Origin: Methylotenera sp.
Lineage (GTDB): Bacteria; Pseudomonadota; Gammaproteobacteria; Burkholderiales; Methylophilaceae
Assembly: GCA_046595335.1 (NCBI GenBank)
Contig: JBKJOT010000109.1
Location: forward strand, 21,006 to 85,005
Direction of reading: 5' to 3'
DNA length: 64,000 nucleotides
Positions 21,843-34,917 of this stretch are shown one piece after another. The position numbers and the translations under genes are program-made. The notes beneath the pieces were generated by a model that was not told the DNA's origin, searched no databases, and was given only the letters and a program-made list of their open reading frames with translations. The stretch's first letter is position 1, and every line of letters starts with the position of its first letter.

Positions 21843-21995
21843 GTACCGTTCTAAATCCCTTTAATCCATGCTTAATATAGAGAATTAAGTCACTTATTTA
21901 GCCATTCCATCTAGGCGAATCATAACATACTACCCCTTTACAGAGCGAATGATAGCCGCTGACCAAATGTAAACTTTAGTAATCTATTCAAGCAT

Positions 21996-23171
21996 TTAGT
22001 CAGCCTGCTTGCGTAAGAATGCAGGAATATCATACTCTTCAACACCTGACATTTTCATCGCTTCAACCTGTGCGCGACGGCTATTAGAACCAAATACCGC
22101 TGGTGCATCATCTTCCGCCATCACACTACCGCCTACATACATCGGCTGGTTAGTTGTACCGTTACGCACGACTTCTTGTGTCATGACACGTAGCTCCGGT
22201 TTTTGCTGGCGACGTTGCGCGCCGCTCAAGCCTGTAGCTACCATGGTGACACGTAATGCATCTCCCATAGTTTCATCAAACACGTTACCAACAATCACTG
22301 TAGCGTCATCCGCTGTGAAAGCTTTAATCGTATTCATCACGTCATAATATTCTTTCATTTTGAAAGAAGCTGATGTGGTGATATTGACTAAAACGCCACG
22401 TGCATTGGCCAAGTTGACATCTTCCAATAAGGGACTAGCTACCGCTTGCTCGGCCGCGATACGTGCACGGTCTGGGCCGGATGCAATCGCAGAACCCATC
22501 ATCGCCATACCCATTTCACTCATCACTGTGCGTACGTCGGCAAAGTCCACGTTAACAAGACCTGGACAATTGATGATTTCGGCAATGCCGGAAACCGCAT
22601 TGTGCAATACATCGTTAGCTGCCCTGAATGCTTCAAGAAACGGCACATCTTCGCCCAACACTTCCATGAGCTTCTCGTTAGGAATCACGATCAACGAATC
22701 TACATGTTGTGACAACGCTTCCAGGCCTTCAGTTGCGACCTTGGTGCGTCTTCCTTCAAATGCGAATGGCTTGGTGACCACAGCTACAGTCAGAATACCC
22801 ATTTCCTTAGCGATTTCTGCAATCACAGGAGCAGCACCAGTACCTGTACCGCCACCCATACCAGCAGTAATGAACAGCATATCTGCGCCGTCGATCATTT
22901 CCGCAATCGCATCACGATCTTCTAATGCCGCTTCGCGGCCAATTTCCGGTTTAGCACCTGCACCCAAACCTTTGGTCATGGCTACGCCCATTTGTAGAAT
23001 GGTTTTTGCCTGGCTCTTTTTCAGCGCCTGCATATCGGTATTGGCGCAAATAAACTCCACGCCACCGACATTCTTTTCTATCATGTGAGCCACAGCGTTA
23101 CCGCCGCAACCACCTACGCCGATCACCTTGATGACGGCCTCTTGCGAGTTCTTTTCCATAATTTCAAACAT
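21996..23171 (-). CDS. ftsZ: Cell division GTPase FtsZ
   Basis: 391 aa. Tubulin signature GGGTGTGAAPV and the conserved C-terminal peptide DIPAFLRKQAD. Confidence 0.97.
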   Translation of the reverse strand: MFEIMEKNSQEAVIKVIGVGGCGGNAVAHMIEKNVGGVEFICANTDMQALKKSQAKTILQMGVAMTKGLGAGAKPEIGREAALEDRDAIAEMIDGADMLFITAGMGGGTGTGAAPVIAEIAKEMGILTVAVVTKPFAFEGRRTKVATEGLEALSQHVDSLIVIPNEKLMEVLGEDVPFLEAFRAANDVLHNAVSGIAEIINCPGLVNVDFADVRTVMSEMGMAMMGSAIASGPDRARIAAEQAVASPLLEDVNLANARGVLVNITTSASFKMKEYYDVMNTIKAFTADDATVIVGNVFDETMGDALRVTMVATGLSGAQRRQQKPELRVMTQEVVRNGTTNQPMYVGGSVMAEDDAPAVFGSNSRRAQVEAMKMSGVEEYDIPAFLRKQAD

Positions 23172-23239
23172 TTTGTATCTCCTCTTTTTAAACTACAAAA
23201 TTACAGGTATATCTGCCTTTTTACTGCTACTACTAAACT

Positions 23240-24478
23240 TTAAAAATTACCTTGGAACCAACTCTTCATTTTTTCCAACACGCGTCCAAATGAGCCTGAT
23301 TCCATTTGTCCGCTTAAGTGTCTTTCCAACTGCTGTTTACCCATGAGCACCAAGCCAACGCCGGTGGCGTAACGGGGATTACTCACTACTTCCGACAAGC
23401 CCCCAACATAACGTGGCATGCCCAAACGCACTGGCATGTGGAATATCTCTTCGCCTAGGTCTACCATACCGCGCATCATCGCTGAGCCGCCGGTGATGAC
23501 GATGCCTGATGCAATCATCTCCTCCATGCCACTGCGGCGTAATTCGTTCAAAATAAGCTCGTACAGTTCTACAACACGCGGTTCTAGCACTTCCGCCAAT
23601 GTTTGCACTGATAATTGACGCGGCTCGCGACCATCAACTCCAGGCACCTCAACCACTTCACGTGGATCAGCTAATTGTCTTAATGCACAACCATGCTTGA
23701 TTTTGATGTCCTCAGCCGATTGTGTAGGCGTACGGAAAGCCACGGCCACGTCATTAGTCATCTGGTCGCCAGCGATCGGCACTACAGCCGTATGGCGAAT
23801 CGCGCCCTGCTTGAATACCGCAATATCCGTCGTACCGCCGCCGATATCCACCAAGCAAACGCCTAATTCTTTTTCATCTTCTGTCAGCACAGCTAAGCTG
23901 GAAGCCAATGGCTGCAATATCAGATCACTCACTTCGATACCGCAGCGCTTGATGCACTTCACGATATTCTGCGCAGCTGCTACCGCACCAGTGACGATAT
24001 GTACTTTTACTTCCAACTTCATGCCGCTCATACCTAATGGCTCACGCACATCTTCCTGACCGTCAATAATAAATTCCTGCGTGAGGATATGCAGAATCTG
24101 CTGGTCGGCTGGCAGCGCAATCGCACGAGCGGTTTCGATGACGCGGTCTACATCCATTTGCGACACTTCTGCGTCTTTAATCTTCACCATGCCGTGTGAG
24201 TTCAAGCTCTTGATGTGGCTGCCTGCAATACCGGTATAGACGTTATTGATTTTGCAATCTGCCATGAGCTCGGCTTCTTCCAGCGCGCGCTGGATAGCTT
24301 GCATGGTAGATTCGATATTAATCACCACACCTTTTTTCAGGCCTCGGGAAATATGTTGCCCAAGCCCTATCACCTTGAGCGTTCCCTCAGGTTGCAACTC
24401 AGCGACAATGGCAACGATCTTCGACGTGCCTATATCCAGGCCTACGATTAAATTCTTGTCTTCTTTAACTCTACTCAT
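23240..24478 (-). CDS. ftsA: Cell division protein FtsA
   Basis: 412 aa. Actin-fold motifs VGLDIGTSK and VDIGGGTTD. Confidence 0.95.
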   Translation of the reverse strand: MSRVKEDKNLIVGLDIGTSKIVAIVAELQPEGTLKVIGLGQHISRGLKKGVVINIESTMQAIQRALEEAELMADCKINNVYTGIAGSHIKSLNSHGMVKIKDAEVSQMDVDRVIETARAIALPADQQILHILTQEFIIDGQEDVREPLGMSGMKLEVKVHIVTGAVAAAQNIVKCIKRCGIEVSDLILQPLASSLAVLTEDEKELGVCLVDIGGGTTDIAVFKQGAIRHTAVVPIAGDQMTNDVAVAFRTPTQSAEDIKIKHGCALRQLADPREVVEVPGVDGREPRQLSVQTLAEVLEPRVVELYELILNELRRSGMEEMIASGIVITGGSAMMRGMVDLGEEIFHMPVRLGMPRYVGGLSEVVSNPRYATGVGLVLMGKQQLERHLSGQMESGSFGRVLEKMKSWFQGNF

Positions 24479-24566
24479 TGCTTGCTCCCTCCGTGGTTAG
24501 CACGGTTTGTTTCCTGTACTGATATCAAAATGTCCATCGTTCATATAAATCTTTAATTTACTTGCG

Positions 24567-25262
24567 TTATCCGGGCTTTCTGACTGCAAACCCATTTGGG
24601 TAGCGTAAATCAGCGTAGGTAATCTTCTTATTCAGTCCCACCAGCGTGTTGCTATAGACGCTCACAAACTTCTGTAACCTTGGCGCCATTTCAACCCGTC
24701 CTAGCTCAATCACAATGCCGTTCCTGGTGGTGATCTGCCAGGCGCGCCTTGGTGTAAGCGCCAAGCTGGCAATCTCCAGATTTGCATTTTTTAATGATTT
24801 GCTGAATTCATCGTATTGAGTTGCTACTTCAACCACACCATCTCCCGGGCCAAAAAATACCGGCAGATCGCTGCCAGAAGCCGCATGGAAGAGTTCGCCA
24901 TGCGTATTCACCAATGCAATGCTGCCCCAGCGTGCAAGCTCTTGATGTTCTTCGATCACCACCTCCAATTTGTCCGGCCAACGACGTCGTATACTCACGT
25001 TACGCGCCCAAGGCAGCTTCTCGAATGCATCACGCGCTTTTACTAAGTCCAAGGTAAAAAAGTTGCCCTTTAAATGCCTCTCAACGATCAATTTCACTTG
25101 TTCACGGCTTACATGGCTCAACTGACCGTCCACCTTGACTTCGTGCAAAGGAAAAATCGGTAAATGCACTACTACATATAAGCTGGCGTAAAGCATGACC
25201 ACTACGATCAAAGCAAACAGTAAATTCGCAATCCAGTTCAGTAATGTCGGCTTATCCCACAT
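24567..25262 (-). CDS. ftsQ: Cell division protein FtsQ
   Basis: POTRA-containing bitopic protein. I prefer the start at ATG 25262 (MWDKPTLLNWIANLLF..., TM helix immediately after). The ORF-track start at 25334 adds 24 Cys/His-rich residues. Confidence 0.85.
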   Translation of the reverse strand: MWDKPTLLNWIANLLFALIVVVMLYASLYVVVHLPIFPLHEVKVDGQLSHVSREQVKLIVERHLKGNFFTLDLVKARDAFEKLPWARNVSIRRRWPDKLEVVIEEHQELARWGSIALVNTHGELFHAASGSDLPVFFGPGDGVVEVATQYDEFSKSLKNANLEIASLALTPRRAWQITTRNGIVIELGRVEMAPRLQKFVSVYSNTLVGLNKKITYADLRYPNGFAVRKPG

Positions 25263-25413
25263 GTGGGCAACCCTCCAAATGCATTTTTTCTGTGCCCTGC
25301 AGTGTTGCATGGCACTGTGTTGCAGATTGCTCACAACCTCGCCGTACCCATTTGTACTGTCTCGGTTTCTGCGCTCCGGGCGCTAGGCATCGCATCAGAA
25401 AATTCTGCATTTT

Positions 25414-26361
25414 CTAATGCTGCCCTTCAGTGTTTTGTTTTAGTGTCATCTCTAAAATCCTAATCACCAGCTCTTCAAAGCTAATACCAGCTGCTTTGGC
25501 AGCCATAGGTACCAGGCTGTGGTCCGTCATACCTGGACTGGTATTCACTTCCAAGAAATAGTGTTTGTCGGCTTCATCCATCAGGAAATCCACTCGTCCC
25601 CAACCCTCACAACCCACCGCACGGAAAGCCAATAAGGCTTCTTGCTGAATCTGCGCTTCTTTCTCAGCGCTCAAGCCACAAGGACATAAGTACTGGGTAT
25701 CGTCACGCAGGTATTTCGCTTCATAGTCGTAAAATTCATTGGCTGGCACAATGCGGATAATAGGCAAAGCCTTAAAGCCATACACCGGCTCACTGATAAT
25801 GCCCACCGTATATTCACCGCCGCCTACAAATTGTTCGGCGATGACTAATGGATCAGATTGTGCGGCTAATTCATAAGCTGCTTTCAAGCCTCCAGCCTGT
25901 TTAACTTTGCTGATGCCGATACTTGAGCCTTCATTGGCAGGTTTCACAAATAGCGGTAAGCCTAGTTTTTTCTCAATTGCGGCAAAATCACTGCTAGCAG
26001 TTACCAATTCGAAAGCTGGTGTCACTACATTGGTGGCTTGCCACAGTAATTTTGTACGCCATTTATCCATGCCAATCGCTGACGCCATCACGCCGCTGCC
26101 GGTATAGGGAATCTGCAGCATCTCCAGCGCACCTTGAATGCAGCCATCTTCGCCAAATCGGCCATGCAGATTGATGAATGCACGGTCAAAACTTTCCAGG
26201 TCATGCAAAGCTTTTTCTTGTGGATCAAATGCATGCGCATCTACGCCTTGTTTCTGCAATGCAGCCAATACAGCGCCACCGCTTTTTAGCGAGACTTCAC
26301 GCTCGCCAGAACTGCCGCCCATCAATACTGCTACTTTGCCAAATCTGTTATTTATACTCAT
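25414..26361 (-). CDS. ddl: D-alanine--D-alanine ligase
   Basis: 315 aa. [16 protein letters not shown] and ATP-grasp motifs (EVNTSPGMT). Confidence 0.95.
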   Translation of the reverse strand: MSINNRFGKVAVLMGGSSGEREVSLKSGGAVLAALQKQGVDAHAFDPQEKALHDLESFDRAFINLHGRFGEDGCIQGALEMLQIPYTGSGVMASAIGMDKWRTKLLWQATNVVTPAFELVTASSDFAAIEKKLGLPLFVKPANEGSSIGISKVKQAGGLKAAYELAAQSDPLVIAEQFVGGGEYTVGIISEPVYGFKALPIIRIVPANEFYDYEAKYLRDDTQYLCPCGLSAEKEAQIQQEALLAFRAVGCEGWGRVDFLMDEADKHYFLEVNTSPGMTDHSLVPMAAKAAGISFEELVIRILEMTLKQNTEGQH

Positions 26362-27287
26362 ATTCCAACCTCGGACTTACCCTTGTATTCATCACTGTAT
26401 TCACCTAGCACTTTTACTTCCTGCTGCAGCGCCACACCCTGTTTTTCAAGCACGGTTTCGCGCATATGTTTAATCAACAATTCAATATCAAGTGCATTTG
26501 CACCGCCGATATTCACAATGAAATTAGCGTGCTTTTCTGATACTTGCGCACCGCCAATAATGTAGCCTTTCAAGCCGCTAGCCTCGATTAACCTTGCGGC
26601 ATAATCGCCAGCCGGATTCCTGAATGTAGAACCCGCACTCGGCAAATTCAGTGGCTGAGAAGCCAAACGTTGCGCCAACAAAGCTTTAATCTTTTGTGCA
26701 GATTCATGAGCATCACCTAGTGGCAGCTTCAACCATGCGCCTATAAACCATTCATCCGCAACCGGCATATCCACATGGCGATAGCTCGCGATAAACTCGC
26801 TGGCATCCCGCGTATTTAATTCCCCATGACGGTTAATGGTAGTTACGCGTGCCACCACATTCCAGGTTTCGGCACCGTAGCAGCCGGCATTCATCGCCAA
26901 TGCGCCACCTAAGGTGCCTGGTATTCCAGCAAAGAATTCGGCGCCCTGTTTGGCTTCCTTGGCACAGAATTTTGCCAATTTCGCACAAGTCACGCCTGCC
27001 GCGGCATAGACCAAATCGCCATCCATCCGCAAATCCGTCAACACGTTATGCATCAACACCGCCGTGCCGCGCACACCGCCATCACGTACCAGCAGGTTGG
27101 AGCCCAAGCCAATAAAATGTACTGGTTCATTCGCACTTAAGCCATGCAAAAACGCACTCAAATCATCCAGCCCTGCAGGAATATAAAACTGGTCTGCCTT
27201 GCCGCCCACGCGCCAGCTGGTATAACGCGCCATCGGCTCGTTAAGCAGCAGTTTTCCGCTAGTGGCAAGTGGTTGCTTAACCATCAA
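26358..27287 (-). CDS. murB: UDP-N-acetylenolpyruvoylglucosamine reductase
   Basis: 309 aa. FAD-binding GLGSNLLV and GSTFRNP motifs. Overlaps ddl by 4 nt. Confidence 0.95.
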   Translation of the reverse strand: MMVKQPLATSGKLLLNEPMARYTSWRVGGKADQFYIPAGLDDLSAFLHGLSANEPVHFIGLGSNLLVRDGGVRGTAVLMHNVLTDLRMDGDLVYAAAGVTCAKLAKFCAKEAKQGAEFFAGIPGTLGGALAMNAGCYGAETWNVVARVTTINRHGELNTRDASEFIASYRHVDMPVADEWFIGAWLKLPLGDAHESAQKIKALLAQRLASQPLNLPSAGSTFRNPAGDYAARLIEASGLKGYIIGGAQVSEKHANFIVNIGGANALDIELLIKHMRETVLEKQGVALQQEVKVLGEYSDEYKGKSEVGI

Positions 27288-28717
27288 TTGGTATACGCTC
27301 CCTCTGATAGCAGCTTGGTTCGTGCTGCCACCTGACCAATAGAGCCGGCCCCCATCACAATCACTACATCACCCGCTTTTGCGACTTCTAAAATCACCTG
27401 CGGCATTGCATCGGTACTTTCCACAAAAAGCGGCTGAACCTTATTCGCAACACGAATCGCGCGTATCAAGGAACGTGTATCGGCGGCCACGATAGGCGCT
27501 TCTCCGGCCGGGTAAACCTCTGTCAGTAACACCGCATCCGCGCTGGATAACACCCGGACAAAATCTTCAAAACAATCACGTGTTCTGGTGTAGCGGTGCG
27601 GCTGGAAAGCCATGACCAGACGGCGGTTAGGAAAAGCAGCGCGCGCCGCAGCAATGACTGCCTGCATCTCAACCGGATGATGTCCATAGTCATCAATCAA
27701 CGTGAAAGTACCTATTTTGCTGTCATTGTTATCGTTGGTAGCATTAACGTTAATTTCGCCATAACGCTCAAAACGACGACCCACACCCTTGAACTCTTTA
27801 AGCGCCTTGATGATTGCGGCATCAGGCACATTCAACTCGCTGGCAATTGCAATCGCAGCCAGCGCATTCAGTACATAGTGATTTCCAGGCAGATTTAAGG
27901 TAACGTCGAACTCGGTAGTGACGCCATTGATACGCTGCACGGTGAAATGCATCCTGCCATCATCAGCGATTACATTCGTGGCGCGGATACGTGCATCTTC
28001 ACTAAACCCATAAGTCATGACAGGCTTGGTGACGCGTGGCAAAATCTCGCGGATATTGACATCGTCGATGCACACCACCGCCATGCCCCAGAATGGCAGT
28101 TGCTGGATGAATTCCACGAACGCGCTTTTAAGCTTTTCAAAACTATGCTCGTAAGTGTCCATATGGTCTTGGTCAATATTGGTGACCACCGCCATCACCG
28201 GTGTCAGGTGCAGGAACGAGGCGTCCGACTCATCCGCTTCTGCAACTATGTACTCGCCTGTACCGAGCTTGGCATTAGCGTTTGCCGCTTCCAGCCTACC
28301 ACCGATCACAAAAGTAGGGTCCATGCCAGCTTCCGCCAAAATGCTGGCAATGAGGCTGGTCGTCGTCGTCTTGCCATGCGTACCGGCCACTGCGATGCCT
28401 TGCCTGAAGCGCATGAGTTCTGCCAACATTAATGCACGCGGTACTACCGGAATATTTTTCTCGCGCGCGGCTTTAACTTCCGGATTGTCTTCATTTACTG
28501 CGCTGGAAACGACCACAACATCAGCATCACCGAGATGCTCTGCAGCATGGCCTTGATGCACAGTTGCGCCAAAACCTTGCAAACGTTTTGTCGTAAAGTT
28601 GGATGCCAAGTCTGAGCCACTCACTTTAAAATCGAGATTAATCAGCACTTCAGCAATGCCGCTCATGCCAGACCCGCCGATGCCCACAAAATGAATATTC
28701 TTGACCTTATGTTTCAT
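27284..28717 (-). CDS. murC: UDP-N-acetylmuramate--L-alanine ligase
   Basis: [18 protein letters not shown] and GTHGKTTT motifs. The start at ATG 28717 overlaps the murG stop as ATGA. Confidence 0.95.
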   Translation of the reverse strand: MKHKVKNIHFVGIGGSGMSGIAEVLINLDFKVSGSDLASNFTTKRLQGFGATVHQGHAAEHLGDADVVVVSSAVNEDNPEVKAAREKNIPVVPRALMLAELMRFRQGIAVAGTHGKTTTTSLIASILAEAGMDPTFVIGGRLEAANANAKLGTGEYIVAEADESDASFLHLTPVMAVVTNIDQDHMDTYEHSFEKLKSAFVEFIQQLPFWGMAVVCIDDVNIREILPRVTKPVMTYGFSEDARIRATNVIADDGRMHFTVQRINGVTTEFDVTLNLPGNHYVLNALAAIAIASELNVPDAAIIKALKEFKGVGRRFERYGEINVNATNDNNDSKIGTFTLIDDYGHHPVEMQAVIAAARAAFPNRRLVMAFQPHRYTRTRDCFEDFVRVLSSADAVLLTEVYPAGEAPIVAADTRSLIRAIRVANKVQPLFVESTDAMPQVILEVAKAGDVVIVMGAGSIGQVAARTKLLSEGAYTN

Positions 28718-29787
28718 AGCGCATACTCCATACATATCGTCGCAACCGTAGCTGTGGCCTCAGGCTTGCCCAAACTACGCGCTTTAATGGCCATTTCCAG
28801 GCACTTTTCCCGAGTTAAGTCTTTTAAAATGGCTATGACCTTGCTCACAGTAAATTCTGCTTGCGGCACCAGTATTGCCGCGCCCGTATCAGACAAATAA
28901 TGTGCATTCGAGGTTTGATGATCGTCAACCGCATGTGGAAAAGGCACGAGTACACTTGCCACACCTGCTGCCGACAACTCTGCAACCGTCAACGCACCCG
29001 CTCGGCAAATCACGATATCTGCCCAGCTATACATCGCTGCCATATCTTCAATAAACGCTTTTGCATCTGCACTTACGTCCGCTGCCTGATAATTGCTTTG
29101 CAAGGCTGCAATGTGCTTTTCACCGGCCTGATGTATGACTATTGGACGACTCTCAGGCGCGATTTCAGCCAACGCTTTAGGCAACACTTCATTGAGTGCC
29201 TGCGCACCTAAACTGCCGCCGACCACCAGCATACGTAGCGGTCCGCTACGTGCTTGCAATCTGGCTTCTGGAGTTTCAATTTGTGTAATATCAACACGCA
29301 CCGGATTGCCGACCAAAACAGCTTTGTTACCAAATGCGGCAGGAAATGCTGCCAATACTTTTTTAGCAAAATGTGCCAATGTCTTATTGGTAAGACCAGC
29401 CACTGAATTCTGTTCATGAATCACTAATGGTTTACGCAACAACCACGCCATCAAACCGCCGGGGAATGCTGCGAAGCCCCCCATGCCGAGTACCAAGTTT
29501 GGCTGGGATTGAGCGATTGCCGTATAAGCCTGTTTAAGTGCGACACTCAATTTAAAGGGTAATAGCAACCAACCTACTAAGCCCTTACCGCGTACACCGC
29601 GCATGGTAATCATGGCTTTTTTGTAGTCTTTGTTGGCGATCAAACGGTTTTCCATGCCGCCATCAGTGCACAGCCAAACAATGTTCCAGCCTGCTATTTT
29701 TAAATAGTCAGCCACAGCCATAGCCGGATATACGTGACCGCCCGTGCCGCCGGCCATGACCATGAGGGTTTTTGAGGTGGTATTCAT
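28714..29787 (-). CDS. murG: Undecaprenyldiphospho-muramoylpentapeptide beta-N-acetylglucosaminyltransferase
   Basis: [19 protein letters not shown] motif. The start at ATG 29787 gives the same spacing to this motif as in E. coli MurG; the track start at 29799 is a GTG. Confidence 0.95.
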   Translation of the reverse strand: MNTTSKTLMVMAGGTGGHVYPAMAVADYLKIAGWNIVWLCTDGGMENRLIANKDYKKAMITMRGVRGKGLVGWLLLPFKLSVALKQAYTAIAQSQPNLVLGMGGFAAFPGGLMAWLLRKPLVIHEQNSVAGLTNKTLAHFAKKVLAAFPAAFGNKAVLVGNPVRVDITQIETPEARLQARSGPLRMLVVGGSLGAQALNEVLPKALAEIAPESRPIVIHQAGEKHIAALQSNYQAADVSADAKAFIEDMAAMYSWADIVICRAGALTVAELSAAGVASVLVPFPHAVDDHQTSNAHYLSDTGAAILVPQAEFTVSKVIAILKDLTREKCLEMAIKARSLGKPEATATVATICMEYAL

Positions 29788-29911
29788 ATATGAGCCCACT
29801 TAATCATGCGATTTTGGCTACAGCCGCTACGCTTAACATCGCTACGCGAGTTAGCCTGCGCCGAAACAGACGCAACCAAGCGTAAAGTTATTATTTTTTG
29901 AAATTGAAGCA

Positions 29912-31075
29912 TTACGTAGGTAACCCCTTTTGTAAGCGTCTGTTTTCAAAATCAATCCTGAGTAATATCGCCATGGCGATACAATTCGCCAGAATGCCAC
30001 TACCGCCGAATGAAAGCAGTGGTAGCGTTAAGCCCTTGGTGGGCAGCACGCCCATATTCACGCCGATATTGATGATGCCCTGCACGCCCATCCATACGCC
30101 TAGGCCTTGCGCGAGTAATGCAGCGAAATAGCGTTCGTTAGCGATTGCTTCTTTGCCGATACCGAACGAGCGAATCACAATCCACGAAAACAAGCCTAGT
30201 ACTGCGAACACGCCTACGAAACCAAGCTCTTCAGCGATCACCGCTAATAAAAAATCGGTATGCGCTTCGGGCAGATAGAGCAGTTTTTCCACACTCGCGC
30301 CCAGCCCTACGCCAAACCATTCGCCACGGCCAAAGGCAATGAGCGCATGTGATAGCTGATAACCTTTGCCGTACGGATCAGCCCAAGGGTCCATAAAGCC
30401 AATGACACGCTCTAGACGATACGGTGAGCTCCAGATCAGCAACACGAAGCCAATAACCAGCAGCACGATCAGCCCGGCGAATATCTTGCCGTTAATACCG
30501 CCTAACCAAAGGATAGAGATTGAGATGGCTGCTATGACTGCAAATGCACCGAAATCCGGCTCGCGGAGCAGTAAACCGCCTACCAATAGCATAACCACCA
30601 ACATCGGCAAAAAGCCCCGCATAAAGCTGCTCATTAACGCACCTTTGCGCACCGTGTAATCCGCCACATACATGGCTGCAAACAGTTTCATGAGCTCTGA
30701 TGGCTGCAAATTGATGACAAACAAGGACAGCCAGCGGCGGCTACCACCTACTACCCGGCCAACACCCGGAATAAGTACCAGTACTAGCAGCGCCAAACCA
30801 AACAGGAATAGGTAGGGTGCCATCTTCTGCCACCATGCCACGGGAATGTTAAATGCTACGAAAGCCGCGCTTAAACTGATGACGATAAAAATAGCTTGCC
30901 GCACCAGGTAATAGCTGCTGTTATGACCTACGACTTTGTCTGCTTCTGCTATTGCAATTGACGCGGAATAGACCATGACGAGTCCCAAGCCTAGCAAAAT
31001 GAGGATTACCCATAACAGACCTTGGTCGTAGGTCGGCGAGTTGATACGGTCGCGGTTGAGCATGGTGGCTAGCAT
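29912..31075 (-). CDS. ftsW: Lipid II flippase / peptidoglycan glycosyltransferase FtsW (SEDS family)
   Basis: 387 aa polytopic membrane protein. QPSELMK and [15 protein letters not shown] motifs, in the expected position in the dcw cluster. Confidence 0.9.
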   Translation of the reverse strand: MLATMLNRDRINSPTYDQGLLWVILILLGLGLVMVYSASIAIAEADKVVGHNSSYYLVRQAIFIVISLSAAFVAFNIPVAWWQKMAPYLFLFGLALLVLVLIPGVGRVVGGSRRWLSLFVINLQPSELMKLFAAMYVADYTVRKGALMSSFMRGFLPMLVVMLLVGGLLLREPDFGAFAVIAAISISILWLGGINGKIFAGLIVLLVIGFVLLIWSSPYRLERVIGFMDPWADPYGKGYQLSHALIAFGRGEWFGVGLGASVEKLLYLPEAHTDFLLAVIAEELGFVGVFAVLGLFSWIVIRSFGIGKEAIANERYFAALLAQGLGVWMGVQGIINIGVNMGVLPTKGLTLPLLSFGGSGILANCIAMAILLRIDFENRRLQKGLPT

Positions 31076-32430
31076 GCTGCCTCCTTCAAACGCGTTACCG
31101 CATTGACAAAGACTTCTGCGCGATGCACATAATTCTTAAACATATCAAAACTGGCGCATGCCGGTGACAACAGCACCGCATCGCCCATTTGTGCGAGTTT
31201 TTTGGCGATATTCACGGCCTCGGGCAAATCAATTGCCTGATACATAGGAACATTGGTCTCCAGCAGTACTTTTTCGATGAGTGGCGCATCACGGCCTATC
31301 AGTACCACAGCGCGGGCATTCTCTGCCACTGCCGAAGCTAGCGGCCTGAAGTCCTGGCCTTTGCCGTCACCGCCCGCAATCAACACTACCTTCTGTTGCA
31401 GACCTGCAATCGCAGCGCAGGTAGCGCCAACGTTGGTACCTTTTGAATCGTCGTAGTAATCGACGTCATCGATATTAGCTACCCACTCCACGCGGTGCGG
31501 CAGGCCTTTAAAGTTATAAAGGGTTTGGATGATAGGAGGATAATCAACACCAATGCCGCGACACAAAGCTACCGCAGCCAGCGCATTGGCGGCATTATGC
31601 AAACCGACGACTTTCAAGTCGCGCAAATTAATAAGCTCTTTATTGCCTTCTACCAGCCAAGTTTCTTCGCCAAGCTGTTGTAAGCCATACTCATCGGTAT
31701 GTTTGATTTCAGATAAACCGAAAGTAACTTGGGTAAGTTTAGACCGCCCCATCATCATGCTCCAGGCATCATCGCGGTTAAGTACCTGCAACTTGGCGTT
31801 ATAGAAAATACGCGCCTTGGCGATCGCATAATCCTGCATAGAGGCATACCTATCCATGTGGTCTTCAGACAGGTTTAGCATGGTGGCAGCGTCAATGTGT
31901 AGGTGGCTCGTTGTTTCCAGTTGGAAACTGGATAGCTCCAATACATAGACATCCGGCGTTTCCATGCTGAGCGTATCCAACACAGCTAAGCCAATATTGC
32001 CAGCAACAATTGTTTTTAAGCCCGCTGATTTACACATTTCGCCTACTAATGTAGTGACTGTGGTTTTACCGTTTGCACCGGTAATCGCGATTAGTTTAGC
32101 GCTCGGGTCACGGTATTGGGCGAACAGTTCTACATCGCCCACTACCTGAATGCCGCGACTGATAGCTGCCTGGATTTCATGGTCGTTTAATGACACACCT
32201 GGACTAGCTACAATCAATTCCGCATCTATAAAGATATTATGTTTAAATGACCCAGTATGAATCGTAACTTCCGGTAGTTCCAACTTCACAATATCCACAC
32301 TCGGTGGATTATCACGAGTATCAGCCACAGATAAACGTGCGCCCTGCTTATGTAGCCAGCGTAGCGCCGAAAGCCCGGTTTCACCGAGCCCGAGCACCAA
32401 TACATGTTTATCTTTTAAATCAATTTTCAT
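31069..32430 (-). CDS. murD: UDP-N-acetylmuramoylalanine--D-glutamate ligase
   Basis: 453 aa. VLGLGETG and [10 protein letters not shown] motifs. Confidence 0.95.
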   Translation of the reverse strand: MKIDLKDKHVLVLGLGETGLSALRWLHKQGARLSVADTRDNPPSVDIVKLELPEVTIHTGSFKHNIFIDAELIVASPGVSLNDHEIQAAISRGIQVVGDVELFAQYRDPSAKLIAITGANGKTTVTTLVGEMCKSAGLKTIVAGNIGLAVLDTLSMETPDVYVLELSSFQLETTSHLHIDAATMLNLSEDHMDRYASMQDYAIAKARIFYNAKLQVLNRDDAWSMMMGRSKLTQVTFGLSEIKHTDEYGLQQLGEETWLVEGNKELINLRDLKVVGLHNAANALAAVALCRGIGVDYPPIIQTLYNFKGLPHRVEWVANIDDVDYYDDSKGTNVGATCAAIAGLQQKVVLIAGGDGKGQDFRPLASAVAENARAVVLIGRDAPLIEKVLLETNVPMYQAIDLPEAVNIAKKLAQMGDAVLLSPACASFDMFKNYVHRAEVFVNAVTRLKEAAC

Positions 32431-32433
32431 GTG

Positions 32434-33537
32434 TTATCTAAGTTTTAAAGTTGATAATCCAACTAATACCAACATCATGGTGATGATCCAGAAACGCACC
32501 ACCACTTGCGTTTCTTTCCAGCCTTTTTGCTCGTAATGGTGATGTAAGGGCGCCATCAGGAAAATGCGCTTGCCAGTGCCTGTTCTGAATTTGGTGTATT
32601 TGAAATAGGTCACCTGCGCAGCCACGGATAAGGTTTCCATGACGAACACGCCACCCATGATGAACAATACGATCTCTTGCCTGACGATGACGGCAACAAT
32701 GCCTAAAGCCGCACCTAAAGCCAGTGCGCCAACATCGCCCATAAAAACTTCAGCCGGATAAGCGTTAAACCATAAGAAACCCAACCCTGCGCCAGCCATG
32801 GCTGAGCAGAACACTGCTAATTCACCGGCACCGGGTACATAAGCAATTCCCAGATATTTTGAGAAGTAAAAATGGCCAGTCACATAAGCAAAGAGTGCCA
32901 AAGCACTGCCTACCATCACCGTTGGCATAATGGCCAAGCCATCCAGGCCATCGGTCAGGTTCACTGCGTTACTACTGCCAACCACTACTAAATATGTCAG
33001 CACGATAAAGCCGACCGCGCTTAGTGGAATGACCAAATGTTTGAAAAATGGAATCAGCAAGGTAGTTTCAGCAGGGACTTGCGCAGTTTGTTGCAGAAAT
33101 ATCGCTACACTTAAACCCACCACAGATTGCCAGAAATATTTCTCTTTGGCAGAAAGCCCTTTTGGATTGCGGTGTACGACTTTGCGCCAGTCATCCACCC
33201 AGCCGATGATGCCGAACCCCAATGTAGTGAATAACACTACCCAAACAAATCGATTACTCAAGTCTGACCAGAGCAAAGTAGAGATTGCGATGGCGACCAG
33301 TATCAATGCGCCACCCATGGTGGGCGTACCCGCCTTAATCAGATGAGTCTGTGGGCCATCATCACGTACTGATTGTCCTACTTTGTAATAGGCCAGCTTT
33401 CGGATCAGTGAAGGACCTACTACAAATGAGATAGTCAACGCAGTTAACGTGGCCATAACCGCACGCATGGTGATGTAATTGAATACGTGGAATCCACGGA
33501 TATCCTGTGCCAGCCATTGTGCTAACGCTAATAACAT
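32434..33537 (-). CDS. mraY: Phospho-N-acetylmuramoyl-pentapeptide transferase
   Basis: 367 aa. [20 protein letters not shown] and APLHHH motifs. Confidence 0.95.
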   Translation of the reverse strand: MLLALAQWLAQDIRGFHVFNYITMRAVMATLTALTISFVVGPSLIRKLAYYKVGQSVRDDGPQTHLIKAGTPTMGGALILVAIAISTLLWSDLSNRFVWVVLFTTLGFGIIGWVDDWRKVVHRNPKGLSAKEKYFWQSVVGLSVAIFLQQTAQVPAETTLLIPFFKHLVIPLSAVGFIVLTYLVVVGSSNAVNLTDGLDGLAIMPTVMVGSALALFAYVTGHFYFSKYLGIAYVPGAGELAVFCSAMAGAGLGFLWFNAYPAEVFMGDVGALALGAALGIVAVIVRQEIVLFIMGGVFVMETLSVAAQVTYFKYTKFRTGTGKRIFLMAPLHHHYEQKGWKETQVVVRFWIITMMLVLVGLSTLKLR

Positions 33538-34917
33538 TTAATGTGCCTCCCCTGCTTTTTGCTGTGTTAAGTCTTTAATTATGATTTCATTCACAACGCG
33601 CTCCATCGCCATAAAGCGCGAACCTTTTATTAATACCGTCACGTCTAGCTTCATTGCTTTTAATAAATCTGCCGTTAAGTCTTGGGATGTTTGATAGTGC
33701 TGACTGCCCGCACCAAAAGCCCTAGCCGTTTCCTCGCTTAATTGACCTAGCGTAAACAACCCATGCACACCAGCATCTTTTGCATAAGCACCAATCTCGG
33801 CATGTAACGCTGCAGCGTCATCGCCTAATTCGCCCATATCGCCCAGCACTAATAATTTCTCACCGGATTGCGCCACTAGCACGTCAATGGCGGCTTTCAT
33901 GGACATCGGGTTCGCGTTATAACAATCGTCTATTACGAGCGCCCCGTTCAGACCTTCAAGGTGCTGCAAACGGCCTTTCACACCTGCATAATTCTGCAAT
34001 CCTGCTTTAATCGCGCTTAGTGGAATATCCATGGCAATGGATGTTGCAGTGGCAGCCAATGCGTTCATCACGTTATGCAAACCGGGGACCGGTAACATGA
34101 CGCCGATTCCGCCGTTAGGTGTAGCGATTGAAAGCTTGCTAGTGCTGGACTGCAACTCGTAAGTCGCAGTAACATCTGCCGTATTTTTCAGACCAAAAGT
34201 AATTGTTTTACGCTGCGCTACTAGCCCATGCCATAGAGGGGCAAACAGGTCATCCGCATTGATTACGGCTGTGCCTTCTTCTGACAAGCCTTCAAAGATT
34301 TCGCCTTTGGCTTGTGCAATAGCCTCGAATGAACCCAGTTCACCAATATGCGCACTACCGGCATTCACAATGACTGCGACCGTCGGCTTAGCAAGATTAG
34401 TCAGGTAGCGAATCTCGCCGCTATGGTTCATGCCCATCTCGATTACAGCGTAGCGATGCTGTGCTCGTAACTTAAGCAAAGTCATCGGAGAGCCGATATG
34501 GTTATTGAGGTTTCCCTCAGTTGCCAGCACTACATCAAGCTTATTTACCGCCGCACGTAAAATAGAAGCCAACATTTCTTTGACCGTTGTTTTGCCATTG
34601 CTACCGGTAACCGCGGCTATAGGAATAGCGAATTTCTGGCGCCAATAACTTGCCAGTTCGCCTAAACTTAATAGTGTATCTTTCACAAGCAGCGCAGGTT
34701 GCGCCCCAGTAGTTTCATTAGCCACCAAAACTGCACTTGCACCCTGCTCTACGGCCTGCTTAGCAAAGCTGTGACCATCGAAATTTTCACCTTTAAGCGC
34801 AACAAATAACTGCCCTGGGCTGATTTTTCGGCTGTCCGCGCCTACACTGCTAATTGCCACGTCATTGCCTATGACTTTGGCATTAAGGGCTTTAGCGGCT
34901 TCTGAGAGTTGCATCAT
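33538..34917 (-). CDS. murF: UDP-N-acetylmuramoyl-tripeptide--D-alanyl-D-alanine ligase
   Basis: 459 aa. VTGSNGKTTVKEM and DDCYNANP motifs. Confidence 0.95.
   Translation of the reverse strand: MMQLSEAAKALNAKVIGNDVAISSVGADSRKISPGQLFVALKGENFDGHSFAKQAVEQGASAVLVANETTGAQPALLVKDTLLSLGELASYWRQKFAIPIAAVTGSNGKTTVKEMLASILRAAVNKLDVVLATEGNLNNHIGSPMTLLKLRAQHRYAVIEMGMNHSGEIRYLTNLAKPTVAVIVNAGSAHIGELGSFEAIAQAKGEIFEGLSEEGTAVINADDLFAPLWHGLVAQRKTITFGLKNTADVTATYELQSSTSKLSIATPNGGIGVMLPVPGLHNVMNALAATATSIAMDIPLSAIKAGLQNYAGVKGRLQHLEGLNGALVIDDCYNANPMSMKAAIDVLVAQSGEKLLVLGDMGELGDDAAALHAEIGAYAKDAGVHGLFTLGQLSEETARAFGAGSQHYQTSQDLTADLLKAMKLDVTVLIKGSRFMAMERVVNEIIIKDLTQQKAGEAH

Noticed and set aside
22360-23088. 242-aa plus-strand ORF antisense to ftsZ; others at 22009-22347 and 22446-22712
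   Set aside because: These are shadow frames of a highly conserved gene. The Ala/Ser/Thr/Pro-rich translation is typical of the antisense frame of Gly/Ala-rich coding sequence.
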